A stretch of DNA of 64,000 nt. Source: Takakia lepidozioides. Taxonomy: Eukaryota; Plantae; Bryophyta. The translations under genes and the position numbers were made by a program. Under the pieces are notes generated by a model. The model was not told the DNA's origin. It made no database searches and saw nothing but the letters and a program-made list of their open reading frames with translations. Shown here in pieces: positions 12,900 through 25,578 of the stretch; the first letter of the stretch is position 1; each line of letters starts with the position of its first letter. Where the stretch lies: NCBI GenBank assembly GCA_030704615.1, contig CM060732.1, positions 80,414,001 to 80,478,000 of the forward strand, in the 5' to 3' direction.

Positions 12900-14280
12900 C
12901 AGTGTCATCCTGTTGGCTCGTGCATGGATTGCGACTCAACCCATCCGCATCCCGATTGACCAAACCCGATCGATGCACAACCTGAAAGTCATACTCCTGG
13001 AGTATGAGTGCCCACCGTGCAAGCTTCCACGTAAGCTTGTCTAACTCCATCAACCACTTGAGTGGCTGGTGATCCGTGACAAGGGTGAAGAGATTGACGT
13101 ATAGGTAGCACCTGAAGTGTGCCACGGCCCACACCGCAGCTAAGCACTCTCCCTCATATGGGCTATACTTAGCCTCTGCAGTGTTGTTCGAGCGGCTAGC
13201 ATAAGCCACTACGAACTTTCTTCCGTCATCATCCACCTGTGTGAGCACCGCTCCAAGCCCCAGCATGCTCCAATCCGTATGCAGCTGAAAGGGATGCCCC
13301 CTGATAGGTCGTCTCAGGATAGGCGCCGAGGTCAACCTCGCCTTGAGCTCTTGAAAAGCTCGTTCCTGCTAATCTTCCCACTGCCATTCCTGGTCCTTCT
13401 TGGTCAGCTTGGTTAGAGCCTTTGCAATGGCACTAAATCCCTTGACAAACCGTCTATAATAGTTTGCCAACCCCATGAAAGCTCGAACTCGGCTCACATC
13501 CGTGAATTTGTGCAATGGCCTCTACCTTAGTCTGCTGTACCCCCAATCCTCCAGGATATATCATATGACCCAGATACTCAATCTAGTTGTGGAAAAACTT
13601 GCACTTCCCCGGATGCAACTTCAATCCGTGCGCTCTCAAGCGCTCAAACACCACCTGAAGGTATCTCTCATGCTCCTCCACCGTAGCACTAAAGATGAAT
13701 CTGATGTCATCTATGTAGCACCGAGCAAAGTCCACCCCTGCTAGAATCCTATCCATGACTCTCTGAAACTCTGCAGGAGCGTTCTTAAGCCCAAATGGTA
13801 ACAACCGCCACTGATATAGGCAATCCTTGCCGTGCTTATCGATCCCCCAGAATGTCGTCTTCTGCTTGTCCGCCTCCTTGATCGACAACTGGTGATATCC
13901 GGATCGTAAATCCAAAGTGCTAAAGACCTTAACATGCCCGATGGCATCAAAGATCTCATCTGGCGTTGACATGGCATATTTATCGGACTTGGTCTAACGA
14001 TTTACAGGCCGGTAATCATCGCACATACGTCTCTTCGTCCAATTGCCATAGACATCCTTCTTGGCTGGCATCACTGTGGCTGAAGCATACTCTCCACCAG
14101 AGAGCTCCACCAAACCTGCCTCCCAGAGATCTTGAGTCCTCATCTGAATCAAAGACCTCTCCATGTCACTGTATCTATAGGGTCTCCGAAAGATTGGCGT
14201 GTCAGTGGCCAACTCAATATGGATCTCTTGACCCTTCAGTGCTCCCAAGTCCTTCAAACTGAAGACAAAGCAATTCCTGT
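12900..14280 (-). pseudogene. Reverse transcriptase and RNase H of the Ty3 element
   Basis: RT: PIFRRPYRYS, RMCDDYRPVN, LDLRSGYHQ, LPFGLKNAPAEFQ, YIDD. RNase H: LHTDWS..GLGAVL, YASRSN, TDHQPL, DADGLSR. Confidence 0.92.
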
Positions 14281-14694
14281 AAGCCCTCAGGAACCGCCGT
14301 ATACGTCGTCTCTCTCCTCCGGTGACATGGGTCCAATGTCAGGCTCCCAATTGTCCTCCGTAACTGCAACTTAAGTCCAGTGGGCTTAGAGGTAGATGAC
14401 GCGTCCAATGGTTGCTATGTTGCAACCTCTTGAGCAGTACTCCCCACCTGCTCAATCAGTGACAAGGCCTCATCCTGCCCCATCATCTCATCCTTGAGGA
14501 CTTCCTCCACCCGAGAAAATCCCCAACCTCATCCATCACCGCCACTTTGGCTGCCAACTCCCTTTGAACCTCGAGCACCTCTCACGTGTGTCATGGATGC
14601 CTACACCCCGTGGTCCTTACATGCTCGCCCCCACTCACTGCCTGTACTGTCTCGGTAGGCAGAGAGACCATTGAGGGAAGTGTACTCCGCACTC

Positions 14695-15780
14695 TGCGTT
14701 GCTCAGCCATAGCCAAGCTAATAATCCAGAGATCCATTGCTTGCCCCAACACCTGACGACGTGATGCCTCAGAAAGAGACGACACCGCCGTGGTACCAGT
14801 GGTAAAACCCATCGCCCGCTCACGCTCATCAGCATTAGGCTCCACTAACTACTGCAACTGAGCATCCCATAGGAGGCCAGGTCCACTATCCCAGAAAGTA
14901 TGCGATCCTGGGAAGCTAAGCAGTGTAGGTAATGCTGTTTGTGGTTGACCCACCCTGTTGACCACTGCCAAATGCGAACGGTCATTATGTCTCATACGCT
15001 GAGACTGCCTCCCTGTGTCCAAAATGCTATCCACTGTGAGGTGTACTGGCCACTGCCACCCATCAAATGCACGCACTTGCGGTGCCGAGTCACAACGGCC
15101 ACACATCCAACCCCGCCGCACCCCACAGCATCACATGTTTGTCCATCCCAGAGCCCGTGACCCGACCTCTGACCCCCCCCCACCCCACAGTTGCAGATCC
15201 ATTTGCACAGACTCCCCCCCCAGCTGACCCAAGCCATCCCATGACCGGACTTGAATGCACACTGGCCATCACCCTGGCCCGGAGAATCGCCCATCAGTGG
15301 CACATTCTCCAAAGCGTATGCTGGAGATACGCTTGATGAAGCTGCAAGTGGCGCAAAACCCGCACCATCTCCAAAACAAACCGGAGCTGGAGCTCGAGTC
15401 TCGCAATCCATTGTCATGTTCCGGCTGATGAATGCCCTTGGCAGGGCCAACCTGACACTACCAGATCAATGGAGCCAAACCGCTCCAAATCCTGCGCCCC
15501 CATCAACGACATGTTGCTGGCAAGGCCTGCTGGATATCCACGACACTGACCGCACCACCACGCAACACACATCAGGTCTGCTACTGCCATATCCACCCAA
15601 CTCCCAGCAGGCAACAACTAAACTACAGAGAGACCCCGGACTTGCTGCACAACTGACATTGAAACGCGTCATGCAGTCTCATCACCCCCCCACCATCATA
15701 CGGTAACCGCCGAACTTGTATACCTGTCTGTAACACAGCAGCCAATCCGAGGCGGTTGATCTGCCAGCCAAGTCCAGCCG
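14695..15780 (-). pseudogene. DNMT3-like C5-cytosine DNA methyltransferase domain embedded in retrotransposon pol (frameshifted)
   Basis: Degenerate motif I LDL-AG-ST/GLAAVLQTGIQVRR (~15777-15705). Motif IV IDLVVSGWPCQGHSSAG (PCQ at 15446-15438) followed by GLRD..GLFW/EMVRVL. Motif VI YALENVP (ENV at 15309-15301). Motif IX EPNADERERAMGFTTGTT (14845-14790). Motif X RRQVLGQAMDL (~14760-14728). Confidence 0.88.
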
Positions 15781-16519
15781 CCCAAATGCTTCATCGGATC
15801 TGCCCACATACGATGGTGTCGAGTACCCCATGGTGACCAACCTGGTGCCCCTGCTCGGTGGTCCTGGTGCCCCCCAATCCCCCACACCCTCTCTCCTCCA
15901 TCTCGGCTGCTGGTCCCCAAGCGCTCTCCCAGGTTTGTTGCCCACCCCTCGCTCCACCCCCCCTGCAAATCCCGCTGTGCCCCCAATGGCGTTGCCACCA
16001 TGGCAGGCCACCCCCGCACCACCATACATCCCTGTCCTCCTACTCCTCTGGAGGGGGTCTCCTCTGAAATGAGCTGTGCCCTCTCGCTCCTCCCGGCCCC
16101 CGCAGCCCCCCATGGTCTCCCCAGCCATTCTCATGACCTCTGCCACACGCCCTTGGCAATCTTGCAACAACACCCCCCGCAAACTCCGCCCTCCGACACG
16201 CCCCACCAAAGCACCCCACACCGTCACGCCTCCATGGCGCTGCCCGCGGCCTCACCCTCACACTGCCATGCCCCTACGCCCTCACCCCGAGCCCAAAAAG
16301 GCCCTGCCTCCCCAAACCTCCCAGGGGAAACCCACTCTGGGGTACCCCCCTGCCCCCCACCCCGGACCTGTGAGCACCCCGCCCGACCACGTCTGTCATA
16401 ACTGTCCTTGACTCGCATACTGCGCCATCTTGAGCCATCCATGTAGGGTGAAGCGGGCCGTCGTCTGATAGCCCCCAAACCAGCACCCGCCAACGAAGTC
16501 GACACGCCCATGCACCTGC

Positions 16520-16730
16520 TAAGAGTGCCTCCCCATACCCCCCGAGCCATGTTGCTCCAATCCTCCCAGAGACGTCTGTAAACTGGAAACGCAAGGCTCC
16601 ATATCCGCCTCCGTGAGGCCCAAGCCTGCAATAGCAGCTCTGCCTAGCATCAATGGCTGAGCGCCCCGAGTCCAACAATACCCGCAGATAGGCCGGTAAC
16701 TCTTTGCCTGCCGGTCCACTCAAATAGAAA
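16520..16730 (-). pseudogene. Retropepsin-type aspartic protease of the Ty3 element
   Basis: LRVLLDSG/AQPLMLGRAAIAGLGL..LQTSLGG read across a 1-nt frameshift (LLDSGA active site). Confidence 0.8.
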
Positions 16731-17849
16731 ATGAAAATGTCATCCTGGTTGTCTAACTACAACTCCCAGGTGTTCACCATGGCAGTGCTCAATGGATGGC
16801 TGCTCGGTCTAGTGGCAAGCTCCATCAAACTTGGCAGCTACAGCTTACCATTTGACCGCCGTGGCATCTTGACCCTCAAATCCGAGGATCCCTCAGGCAC
16901 TCTATAACTCCCACTATCTCCGCAAAGAAGAGTGGAAGTCCCTCACACTCACAGAGTGTACTGCCAACCTACAACACCTCAATGGTATTACCCCGGGCGT
17001 CGCAACAATCATAGTGTAGCCGACACAGAACAATGGAGCCTGACATACAAATGTGGCCGCTCCCAGCCGCACATAGCTGTCGTAGCCTTGGCAACACTAG
17101 GTAGTGGTGCTACCTGTGTAGCTCTCCCCAATGGCGCATGTAACCTCTGCCTTGGTAACAGTCGGGCAAGAACTAGGTGCCAAACGCACACTGTCTCCGC
17201 CAATGTGAATGACTGAGGAAGCCTATCCTGACGGCTTAACCTCCCTACGCTGTGGATCCAACTCCACCTCTGCCACCTCGTTGGCTCAGGAACCGTTGCG
17301 CTCCTGGTCACGGCTGCAGCAGATCCACAATGCATAGTGGTAGTGTTGCTCCGCTAGCAATGCCTCCCAATCCTCTGCTACCACCTCGTATACACTCGCC
17401 ATTGTCTTCCTATGCCTCCTCTGATCTTCCTGGAGCCCCTATAGGACTCTAAGGGTGTGCGACCATCCTGGCCCTTTGTGCCGCCGGATCTCATCACCCT
17501 ATGAGGTGACCTCCAATCCAGCAGACGAGTACATCTGAGCGTGATCCCAGGCACTTCCACGCTCTAGGAGCTGCAGCACACCGCCCTGCCACCAGCTAAC
17601 TGACTCTCTTCAGGTCAGAACCCACCCTCACGGAGACCCTCCCTTCTTCCTTGGCCATGCTGAGACTCCCTCCGCTCCTTGGGCCTTGGGCCACCCCTGG
17701 AGCCCTGGCCATGCCCTATGTCGTGCCTATCTCTAGGCTGTTCGTCCATGCCCGGAATGCCGACCAGCCCCTCTTGCGGCTCCCAACCCACCCACCGTAA
17801 AAAGTCCTCATCAATGGCCATGTGCTGCAACTCATGCCTGGAGCGGCAC

Positions 17850-19050
17850 GGCAAGATGCACCCCCATCTCACTCACTGGCAGTCCTCTCCAGAAAGCCCC
17901 GTCTGCTTGCCACAATGCTCCCAGTTGTCCAGCATACTGGTCTCACAGCTGTGCATATGCCGCCCTTTGATCTCCTCTGGCAACACCCATCTCTTGTGAT
18001 GGGTGTCAGGCTGCCCTACCTGTCTCACACACAACACCACCTCCAGCCCTTTGAGCCCACATCATGGACTGCGAACCAGTGTAGTAGCAATCCATCCGAC
18101 CATCCGGGTCCCTCTTTGTCCTTCCCTGGGCTTCACCTGGACCCCCTTGTTGCCTTGAGCACGTTGAGTAATGGTGTTTGGGAGAGCACCACTACCCCCC
18201 GTGGGTTCCTTAGCAAATCCCCAGCACCACCAGACCCACTAGTCTGTCTTTCTTCCACATGTTGAGCTCTATCCGCTCTGCCAGCCAAAATCAACAACAC
18301 TCCCCATTTGCCCGCCCTAAAGTGGGTTGGCCGCTTGTAGGAGACTTGCATCCCGCACCCTTCTCCTCAGCTCCTTGTCCAAAATCCACATACCAAGATG
18401 GGACTGCCTGAGCTTCCGTAACCCCTTGGGTTACATTTATCAAGCGCCTCATGCGAGTTGAAAGCCTCCCTCAAGGTCTCAGTAGGGCTTTCCGTTGGAA
18501 CTCTTGCAAGCTCTTGCAACTTCTCTAGTGCTGGTGCGGTGGGGGTATTAGTGGCGTGGGTCGGTCGTAGCTACTGTACCACCAGTCCCACTGCTGCTGC
18601 TGAAGCTGCCGGTTGCAGCGGCGGGTGTAGCCAATGCCCTCGTGGCTCTAGTGCCCCTAGTGATGGAGACATAGTCGGGTGACCATTACATCCTCCACTC
18701 CTCGAGTCTCAACCTCATGCCCCCGCCTGAACTCATGGTAATCATCCATAGGCGCCCTCAAGGTGCTGAAACAACCCCTTCCATGCCATGAAAGACGTAA
18801 ATAGTTGTGGATTGCGCATTTGCCTGCAAATCACACCAACTATCAACTCTTGGATAAAATCATCCATCTCGATGGTGTGCCCACCGCCCCAGGTACCTTC
18901 ATGGCCCCTTGGTAGCTCCATACATCTCCTTCATTGTGTCCCACAACAATGACAAGGAAACAACTTGCACCGCCGGTGTGAGTCCTCCGATTCACAATCC
19001 GATCAGAACTTCCGTAGAAGACACAAGAGGTGAAGGTGGCCTAAACCGCA
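17850..19050 (-). pseudogene. Degenerate gag-like region of the Ty3 element
   Basis: Fragments read across indels: DDFIQE.DSWCD..QMRNPQLFTSFMAWKGLFQHLEGA and ETLREAF..MRRLI..VTQGVTEAQAV. The assignment rests mainly on position upstream of the protease. Confidence 0.55.
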
Positions 19051-19869
19051 CACCTCTCTTGTGTACCCACTAGTATCGCTAGTGCTCGAACCGGCACTGT
19101 CCCCAGCAACTAGTGGCACCTCCGTGTTGACAAACTGTCACTCAACCGTCATGAACAGTCCCTAACCCCCTCTCCACAAGATAACCGGGTAGAGACCTTG
19201 TTGCGGCTTATGGTTTGGAATACTAGGTTTCTAACATAGCCTACACCTGCACCTGCATCCACCGAAAACACTCCTATGGTTGGCTGGTCATCACCTCCAA
19301 CCTCACACATGAGAAACAATGATGGTCTGACTGTCATCACCCCAGCCTCACCACGACAGCATGGCTCTAGGACTGGCGGTGATAAAATCCGGACCAATCA
19401 CCTATAAAAACAAGCGCCCACACAAAACTAACAGGCGCACAGTCAAGCATGCAGGTATGGAGGGGAGCCAAACACCAAGAAATCGAACGACAACTCCCCC
19501 ACATCAAAAACAACTCTACGTGTTTGCTCCTGCAGAACACCCCAGCCCAAACCCGGACTGACTCTTGCCTCCACCTACGGAAAGTCTTGGCCTAATGAGA
19601 GGGTGAAAACTACGAGGAAGAGAAGCTAAAGCAATGCCTAACCCCAACATGCCCTCATCCCAACACTCTTCCTCTCCTCTCTTCCCTCACTTGCATGACC
19701 ATTGGAATATCATGAAGATACTCCTCAAAACCGCCCTCCACGAGCGTCAAAATTCGGCCTTTAAGACCACATGCCAGTCCTTAGGCAGTCCACACATGCC
19801 TCCACGTCAGCACAGGCCGTCCACAGGTCAACACGGGCCACCACAGACCAGCACAGGCCCACACAATTC

Positions 19870-20160
19870 ACTGGTCACAGTCGTCACGCCGCACAGCCCA
19901 CAGCGCCCCAAGGCCACATGGCCACAGCCTGTCACAGCCCCTCACAACCTGTCAAAGTCTGTCACAGCCCCAGGCACAGGTCACAGCCTGTCACAGCCTG
20001 TCAACAGCCCCTCAAGCCGATCACAGCCCGTCACAGCCCCATAGGCCCCAGGGCACAGCCTGTCACAGCCTGTCACAGCCCCTCACAGCCGGTCACAGCC
20101 CCAAAGGCCACAGGCACAGCCTGTCACAGCCCTACACAGGTCACAGGGGTCACAGCCCCA
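19870..20160. repeat. Array of about 20 (TGT)CACAGCC units
   Basis: Directly visible ~10-bp repeat GTCACAGCC(T/C). Confidence 0.85.
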
Positions 20161-20639
20161 TCCATGGCTACTCATGGCCGTTTAGCATTTTCCTCCAAGG
20201 GGTTTAGCCACGCCAAGCTAGGGTTTGTGTCCTTGGACTCTAGGCTTCTTTGCACGAGCTATGGTGGCTGTGAGGAAGGAAATCAGCAAGGTATTCTTGC
20301 TCTTTATGGCTCCCATACACCACCAATAGTAGCTCTAATTCCAAAGGAAGATATTTGCAACCAAAACTAAGTGCACAAGCTTTTTTTTAACTCACAAAAA
20401 CAGTGCCATTGATCCCTATGGTGACTAACCAAACATGGCTGACTTCCAACCCTTGTAGGTACTCATTCACGCACTTTTCTTGACCATAGCATGCCCTTCA
20501 CACCTAATCCAACCCTTGCACCTGTTGCTTCAAGAGCTGTGCTCCCTTCAAGCTTGAAGTTGAAACCCAACTCACATAGGCCCTACAAGTGCTTTTATTT
20601 CACCCCAAGTGGAAACCAGCCCTAGCCCTTCCGTTCTAG

Positions 20640-21000
20640 CCTCTCTAAAGCTTGAAAACAAGAGCCTCAATGGGCTGAAGGCATGCTCCACACATGCCCC
20701 ACTCTCACATAAGAGAAATCAGCTCCTTTGCTTCATTTATTGCACCCACAAACCTGAAAATACAAGCTTCAGCGGGCTGAAACCATGCTCCACACATGCC
20801 TTACAAGAAAACCAGCCTCTTCCTTCCTTTCTTGCACTCCCAAGCCTGAAAGTACAAGCCTTCAACAGACTGAAGGCATGCTCCACACATGCATTGCCCT
20901 CACATAAGGGAAGTTAGCCTTACCCTCTTCATTGCTTGCCCTCCAAGCTTGAAGATGGAAGCTTCAATGAGCTGAATACATGCTCCACACAGCAACCCTT
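20640..21000. repeat. Four diverged ~100-bp modules sharing GCTGAA..CATGCTCCACACA
   Basis: Motif recurs near 20675, 20777, 20870 and 20971 with similar flanks. Confidence 0.65.
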
Positions 21001-22179
21001 CACACACAAGAGGTATCAGCCCCTATCTTGGCTCCTTGATGCTCTCTAAGACAAGACTAAGCCTTCCACAGCCTTTGCCAAGCTCATGAAACCCTAAGGC
21101 TTACATTTCCAGCCACAAGACACTCATCTTGTGGTGCAAGAGCTCTTGTGAATCTAGGCTTGATGTTGCTGGCTGCAGTCTGCAGCTCAGAAAATGCGGC
21201 ACGCCAACTGAAGAAAATCGCCAAGGCCGACTGCAGCAGAATTCCCAAATCTCATTTCCCCATTTTCTCGTGAACGCTCCTCCAGCACCACTGTGACCAT
21301 CAACACCACCAGCTCACGTCTCCTCATCGAAGTCCACCCCATGGTACCTGCGACGACATCAACAATCAACTGCCAAAGAACCGGATCACAACGGCTAGGA
21401 TTCCTCCTCGTTGGTCTGAACTTGAAATCCTAGGTGCACATTCCATGGTCTTGCCGCACCTCTTAGCTCATGTTCTAGCCCTGCTCTTGCCATGACAAGA
21501 GCCCTCTCAATGCTGAAGCTCGAGATTGAAACCCAATCTCAACATACTCCACAAAGTGCACTGATTTGCCCCAAGCCAAATCAGCCCTTTCGCTTGTTCT
21601 TGCAATCCTTCACACAATGAAAGCTCGCATTCCCAAGTCCAGTTCTAGCTTTGCTACCAAAACCATCTAACCTGCTCTTGACTGGTCCTCTCCCAATGTG
21701 CTTGCTCATGCAGTACACAATATGAAACCATCAAGGTGCTCTGGAATTACCTGCAGCATGGGTGTTTCATCTTGAAGCTGAAGATCGAATGCCAAGGTCT
21801 ACCACCTCGTAACCCACATCGCCTCCGCTTCTAACAACCAAGAGCTCCACGGTGCTCTTTGCATAACAACCTGGTTTCTCTCATTCTCAAGCAAAAACCA
21901 CAAGTGCTACAACTAACTCGTATCTGGCACTTACAGATACGAGCTCATCTTTCTCGACTGATAAAGAAGAAGAATACAAGCACAAGCTCATGCCATAGCT
22001 AGGCGCGGTTAGGCTCAACTCGAGAAAGATGAGCCTCCCGCGCTTGCCGTGAAGATAACCACTCCGGGGCCTAAATCTGCCTTGACCCCTGGATTGACAC
22101 TTGGGCCAATCCCAAATTCAATATGTAAAAGGTAGCTATTTCTTAGCTAGTTTCACACTAGTGGTGAAATAACTTGACA

Positions 22180-22523
22180 ACTTGTTTTTCTTCATAATGT
22201 GACCTGCTTGCACATTTTGGATTGTTGAATCTTGTGAATTCATGCTATAAATGTATGTAATACTTTGTTGGAAAGCTAGCTTGATTCCCCAACTCTAAAG
22301 TTTTGTTTCATCTCAATTTAATAGACCCACAAGAAGTTATGACTGGAACCGAGGTCCAAATTGATGAACTTGTTTTTCCTTGAAAATGACCTGCTTTCAC
22401 ATTTTGGATGTAGAACGTTGTGAATTCATGTTGTATGGGGGTGTAATGCTTGTTGCAAAGCTTGATTCCCCAGCTCTGAAGTTTTGTTTCATGTCAATTT
22501 AATAAAACCACAGGAAGTTATGA
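22180..22523. repeat. Two diverged ~190-bp tandem copies
   Basis: CTTGTTTTTC..TGACCTGCTT.CACATTTTGGAT..GTGAATTCATG..GCTTGATTCCCC..GAAGTTATGA occurs twice. Confidence 0.75.
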
Positions 22524-23349
22524 GATCAATTGACACCATAAGGAGAACAAATACTCAAAGATTTGAGCCCATCTCAATTTTTGAGCAGCTCTTGCGAAAA
22601 CATTCACTTTCTTCATTAGCTCATGGTTTCTCCGTCTTTTCAAATCATTCTCTAGGCTTCTATGCATCTCTTGTCGTCCTTAGTTATATATGTTTAGACT
22701 TAGACTGATCTTTCTTTCTTATCTTGACGTTGTTTGCATATTGGTTTTTTTTTTGTTGCTTTTCTACCTTCTTTATAAGGCCCAAAAGGATCACCTTCTA
22801 ATTCAGTGTTAGTATCGAATTTTGTTTTAGAGATTGATTAATCTAAGTATCTTCTTCTATTGTCATGGGCTTTTAAATCTCTATCAACCACTCAACGAAC
22901 AAGGCAAGCAAGATTTGGCCCAAGGGTGGGGTAGTCCCAATTTTGATTCAGTGTTGTCAAGAGAGCTCTTTCTGAAGGATCTATGACTGTCTGCGGTACT
23001 TTCAACAAGAAACCTTGAACAATGAAGGATTTGTCCACATGCAAGAGTGGATAAAGCCACATTTTAGTGTTTTGTCCGGTAACTTGACTGGAACTTACCA
23101 ATGGTGGGCAGTTATTTGATTTCTTTCATAACCTCCAGTTCCGGTTTCTTAAATCTAGGATGAAAGATCCTCCGGTTCCGTTTTTTCAGATATTTTAATG
23201 GAAAGAACCATCGGTTCCGGTTAATGATAGAACCTCAAAGAACCGGCGGTTTTCATTCAAATAACCAGGGAGTCTTTGGTGGATCTTTGACAGTTTTCAG
23301 GCTGGTAATCTGAAAACTATGTAACCGGCGGTTATTATCTTTTGCCGGT

Positions 23350-23475
23350 TCTTTAGGATGCCAGCTAGTGCAAAGTTTGTTTTCTCGGCAAGACAGAAGG
23401 CACGTCGACAAGTTCTGGCTAAACCTAATATATTTTAGCCAAAAAACACATTATTTTAGCAATAACTATATTGTT
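23350..23475 (+). repeat. Dispersed ~125-bp repeat; inverted copy at 60128-60251
   Basis: TTCTTTAGGATGCCAGCTAGTGC..CGACAAGTTCTGGCTAAACC..TAATATATTTTAGCCAAAA is matched by its reverse complement near 60.2 kb. Confidence 0.75.
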
Positions 23476-25578
23476 AATAGTTGAATTATTGAAGGGAAGA
23501 GAGAGTAAATCTCAAAGGGTGCCATACGGCCTCAACGTCAACCATGACCAAGAGAAAAACCCTAACATATTTTTATATTTTTGACTCTCTCTCCCTTCCC
23601 TCCCACACCATGCGATGAGGTGCTTGCGCTGCATATCTTTCTTTTATGATTTTTATAATCTGATCCCCCGACTTCAATTTGCAGAGGGATGGTAGACGAT
23701 CTAACTGTCTATCAGAGCGACCATCGCAATGACCCTGTCGGTTATTTTAGGTCAGTCTGACCTGTACTTTACCAGCTATATTAAGCTTTCATGTAGTAGA
23801 CGGACCATTGCTTAATCTCCTCCTCCTTGTGAGATTTGCATCCACTGTTCCCTATCTTTTCTGTCACAGGGACTCTGCAGAATCTTGTAAGTTCAGTCAA
23901 TGATGGAGGAAAACAACAGTTCGTTGAGGTAAATGCAACCCTTTACCTGTCAGTTTCATCGTAGTAGAAGTGGAATCTAAAGTAATTAAGTCGGACTCGA
24001 TTGTCGTTGGAACTAGTCAAGTTTCGAGGAAACAAACCTGGGCTGGAGCATTGCAGGCTTTAAAATCTATGATCCACGTTTACAGCCAGTTGTAGGTGTA
24101 ATAAGAATGTGAAACTTCATCTTTGATGTGTTTACTCGAGTGATCGAAGTAGTTTTTCGAAGTTCCACAACAGGCTAGGTCACTTGGTGGCTCTTCCGCA
24201 TATCAGGGTTAATCTTGCTAGTAGTCTGAGCATTAATTCAGGACAATGTTAGCAGACTTGCTCAGTAGTTGCCATCAGAAAATTTCAGCATTGCCTCTTG
24301 CACCTCGTCATGATTAAATAGTGAACTGAGGAATGTGTTCTTAATAGGCGTATCTTTACTTATAAAGAACTTGAATGCTGTGAGAACCTTACAAAGCAAG
24401 GGCTCTGTAGTATAGATGTGGAATGAGAGCTCCTTATGCCCTCATCCCAAACAGGCAAAATTTCATGTGATCTCACTGATAGGCAGCTGTGATAGCTGAC
24501 ATGATTTTGTATGTGAGATGCCGTGTGTTTCTGTTCAATACAATTCTTTACAAATTCTTTCATCCCATTATCTATTTTTTCGACCATTGCACTTATTTCT
24601 CGCTGATGTCTGTCCAAGTGCACACTTGAGATTTCCCGCCATTCAAATTTCCAAACTGCAGTTGGTGTCTCCTCTCTCATTTGGAATCTGGGACAATGGG
24701 TAATCGACATGATTGTGAACAAGAACAATAACGCCTGTTCTAGAAGCCCTTCTTTCATAAGGTGGAAGACATGGGAAAGGGGAACCCAAATTACGTTGAG
24801 CAGGAAGAACAATACACAATATACGCCTTGCAAGCAACCATGATCAACTGTGCAAAGATTTATAACATGTCTTTTGGAAGTGACAGATATAGAGTTTGCC
24901 TCCCTTGTTTTTAGCAGGAGGATAAGATTTGCTGACGATGCTGAATCACTTCTGAATAGGGGAAGGTACCAGGGGACAAGGGCACAATATCAACAGATCT
25001 GAGTAGGTTCTCATTCTCAAATTAAAAGAGTCATATGATCATCCAAACTCTGTCTATCAGTCCTTCAGTTCTTTGAATCTATTAAGAGTGTTCATCTCTC
25101 TCCCATTTCACCGGACCTTGCATCCCTCCGTTATTTCTAGACCTTTACCAAAGTTCTCTAAGTGGTCTGTGCTGCACATGGAACTTTTTTGAAGCTGTCA
25201 TCCCTCTGCCTGTCCATACATCCTGGAGGAATGTCACTGCCTCTGGACGCTCCAAGTTTTCACGCAGAGAGGTTGAAAATTTAGCTTGATTATATGTTGA
25301 ATACTTTGATTGAGCTTTGTTGAGAAGCCATACATATCTATCACACCAGGTGTAAGTTGAAGCAGCAAAAAGTATTTTACGTGGTGGAGACTCCCACCCT
25401 TACCCTGGGGCACTAGATACCCTTTCCGACATTCCCCATCTCTTTCTGGCCTTCGGTTCATCTCCCAGGTTGGCATGCTACATATGGAATATAATGACCT
25501 GAGATAGCATCTCCTGAAAGTGAGGAAAGGAGACAACATCCTGGAGATAGCAAGCCTATCAATCAAGAAGCAACAAAG

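Larger units (their letters stand above)
11443..19100 (-). mobile_element. Degenerate Ty3/gypsy-type LTR retrotransposon internal region: gag, protease, C5-MTase, RT, RNase H, integrase
   Basis: Domains are colinear on the minus strand with RT-RH-INT (Ty3) order. Multiple stops and frameshifts. No LTRs identified; the sequence breaks off after the integrase. Confidence 0.9.

Noticed and set aside
14695-15780. Interpreting the MTase as a host DNMT3/DRM gene or bacterial contamination
   Set aside because: It is intronless, co-oriented and sandwiched between retroelement protease and RT, and its motif order is linear (not DRM-permuted).
19634-20370. 136-aa and 199-aa ORFs with VTA/HS repeats
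   Set aside because: The frames are open only because the CACAGCC repeat lacks stop codons.
24360-24833. 157-aa minus-strand ORF upstream of SERINC
   Set aside because: No recognisable domain; antisense to the probable SERINC 5' intronic region.
23870-25578. Upstream exon-like segments that could extend the SERINC N-terminus
   Set aside because: Splice-like sites exist, but an in-frame TGA near 25495 blocks a simple join; transcript data are needed.
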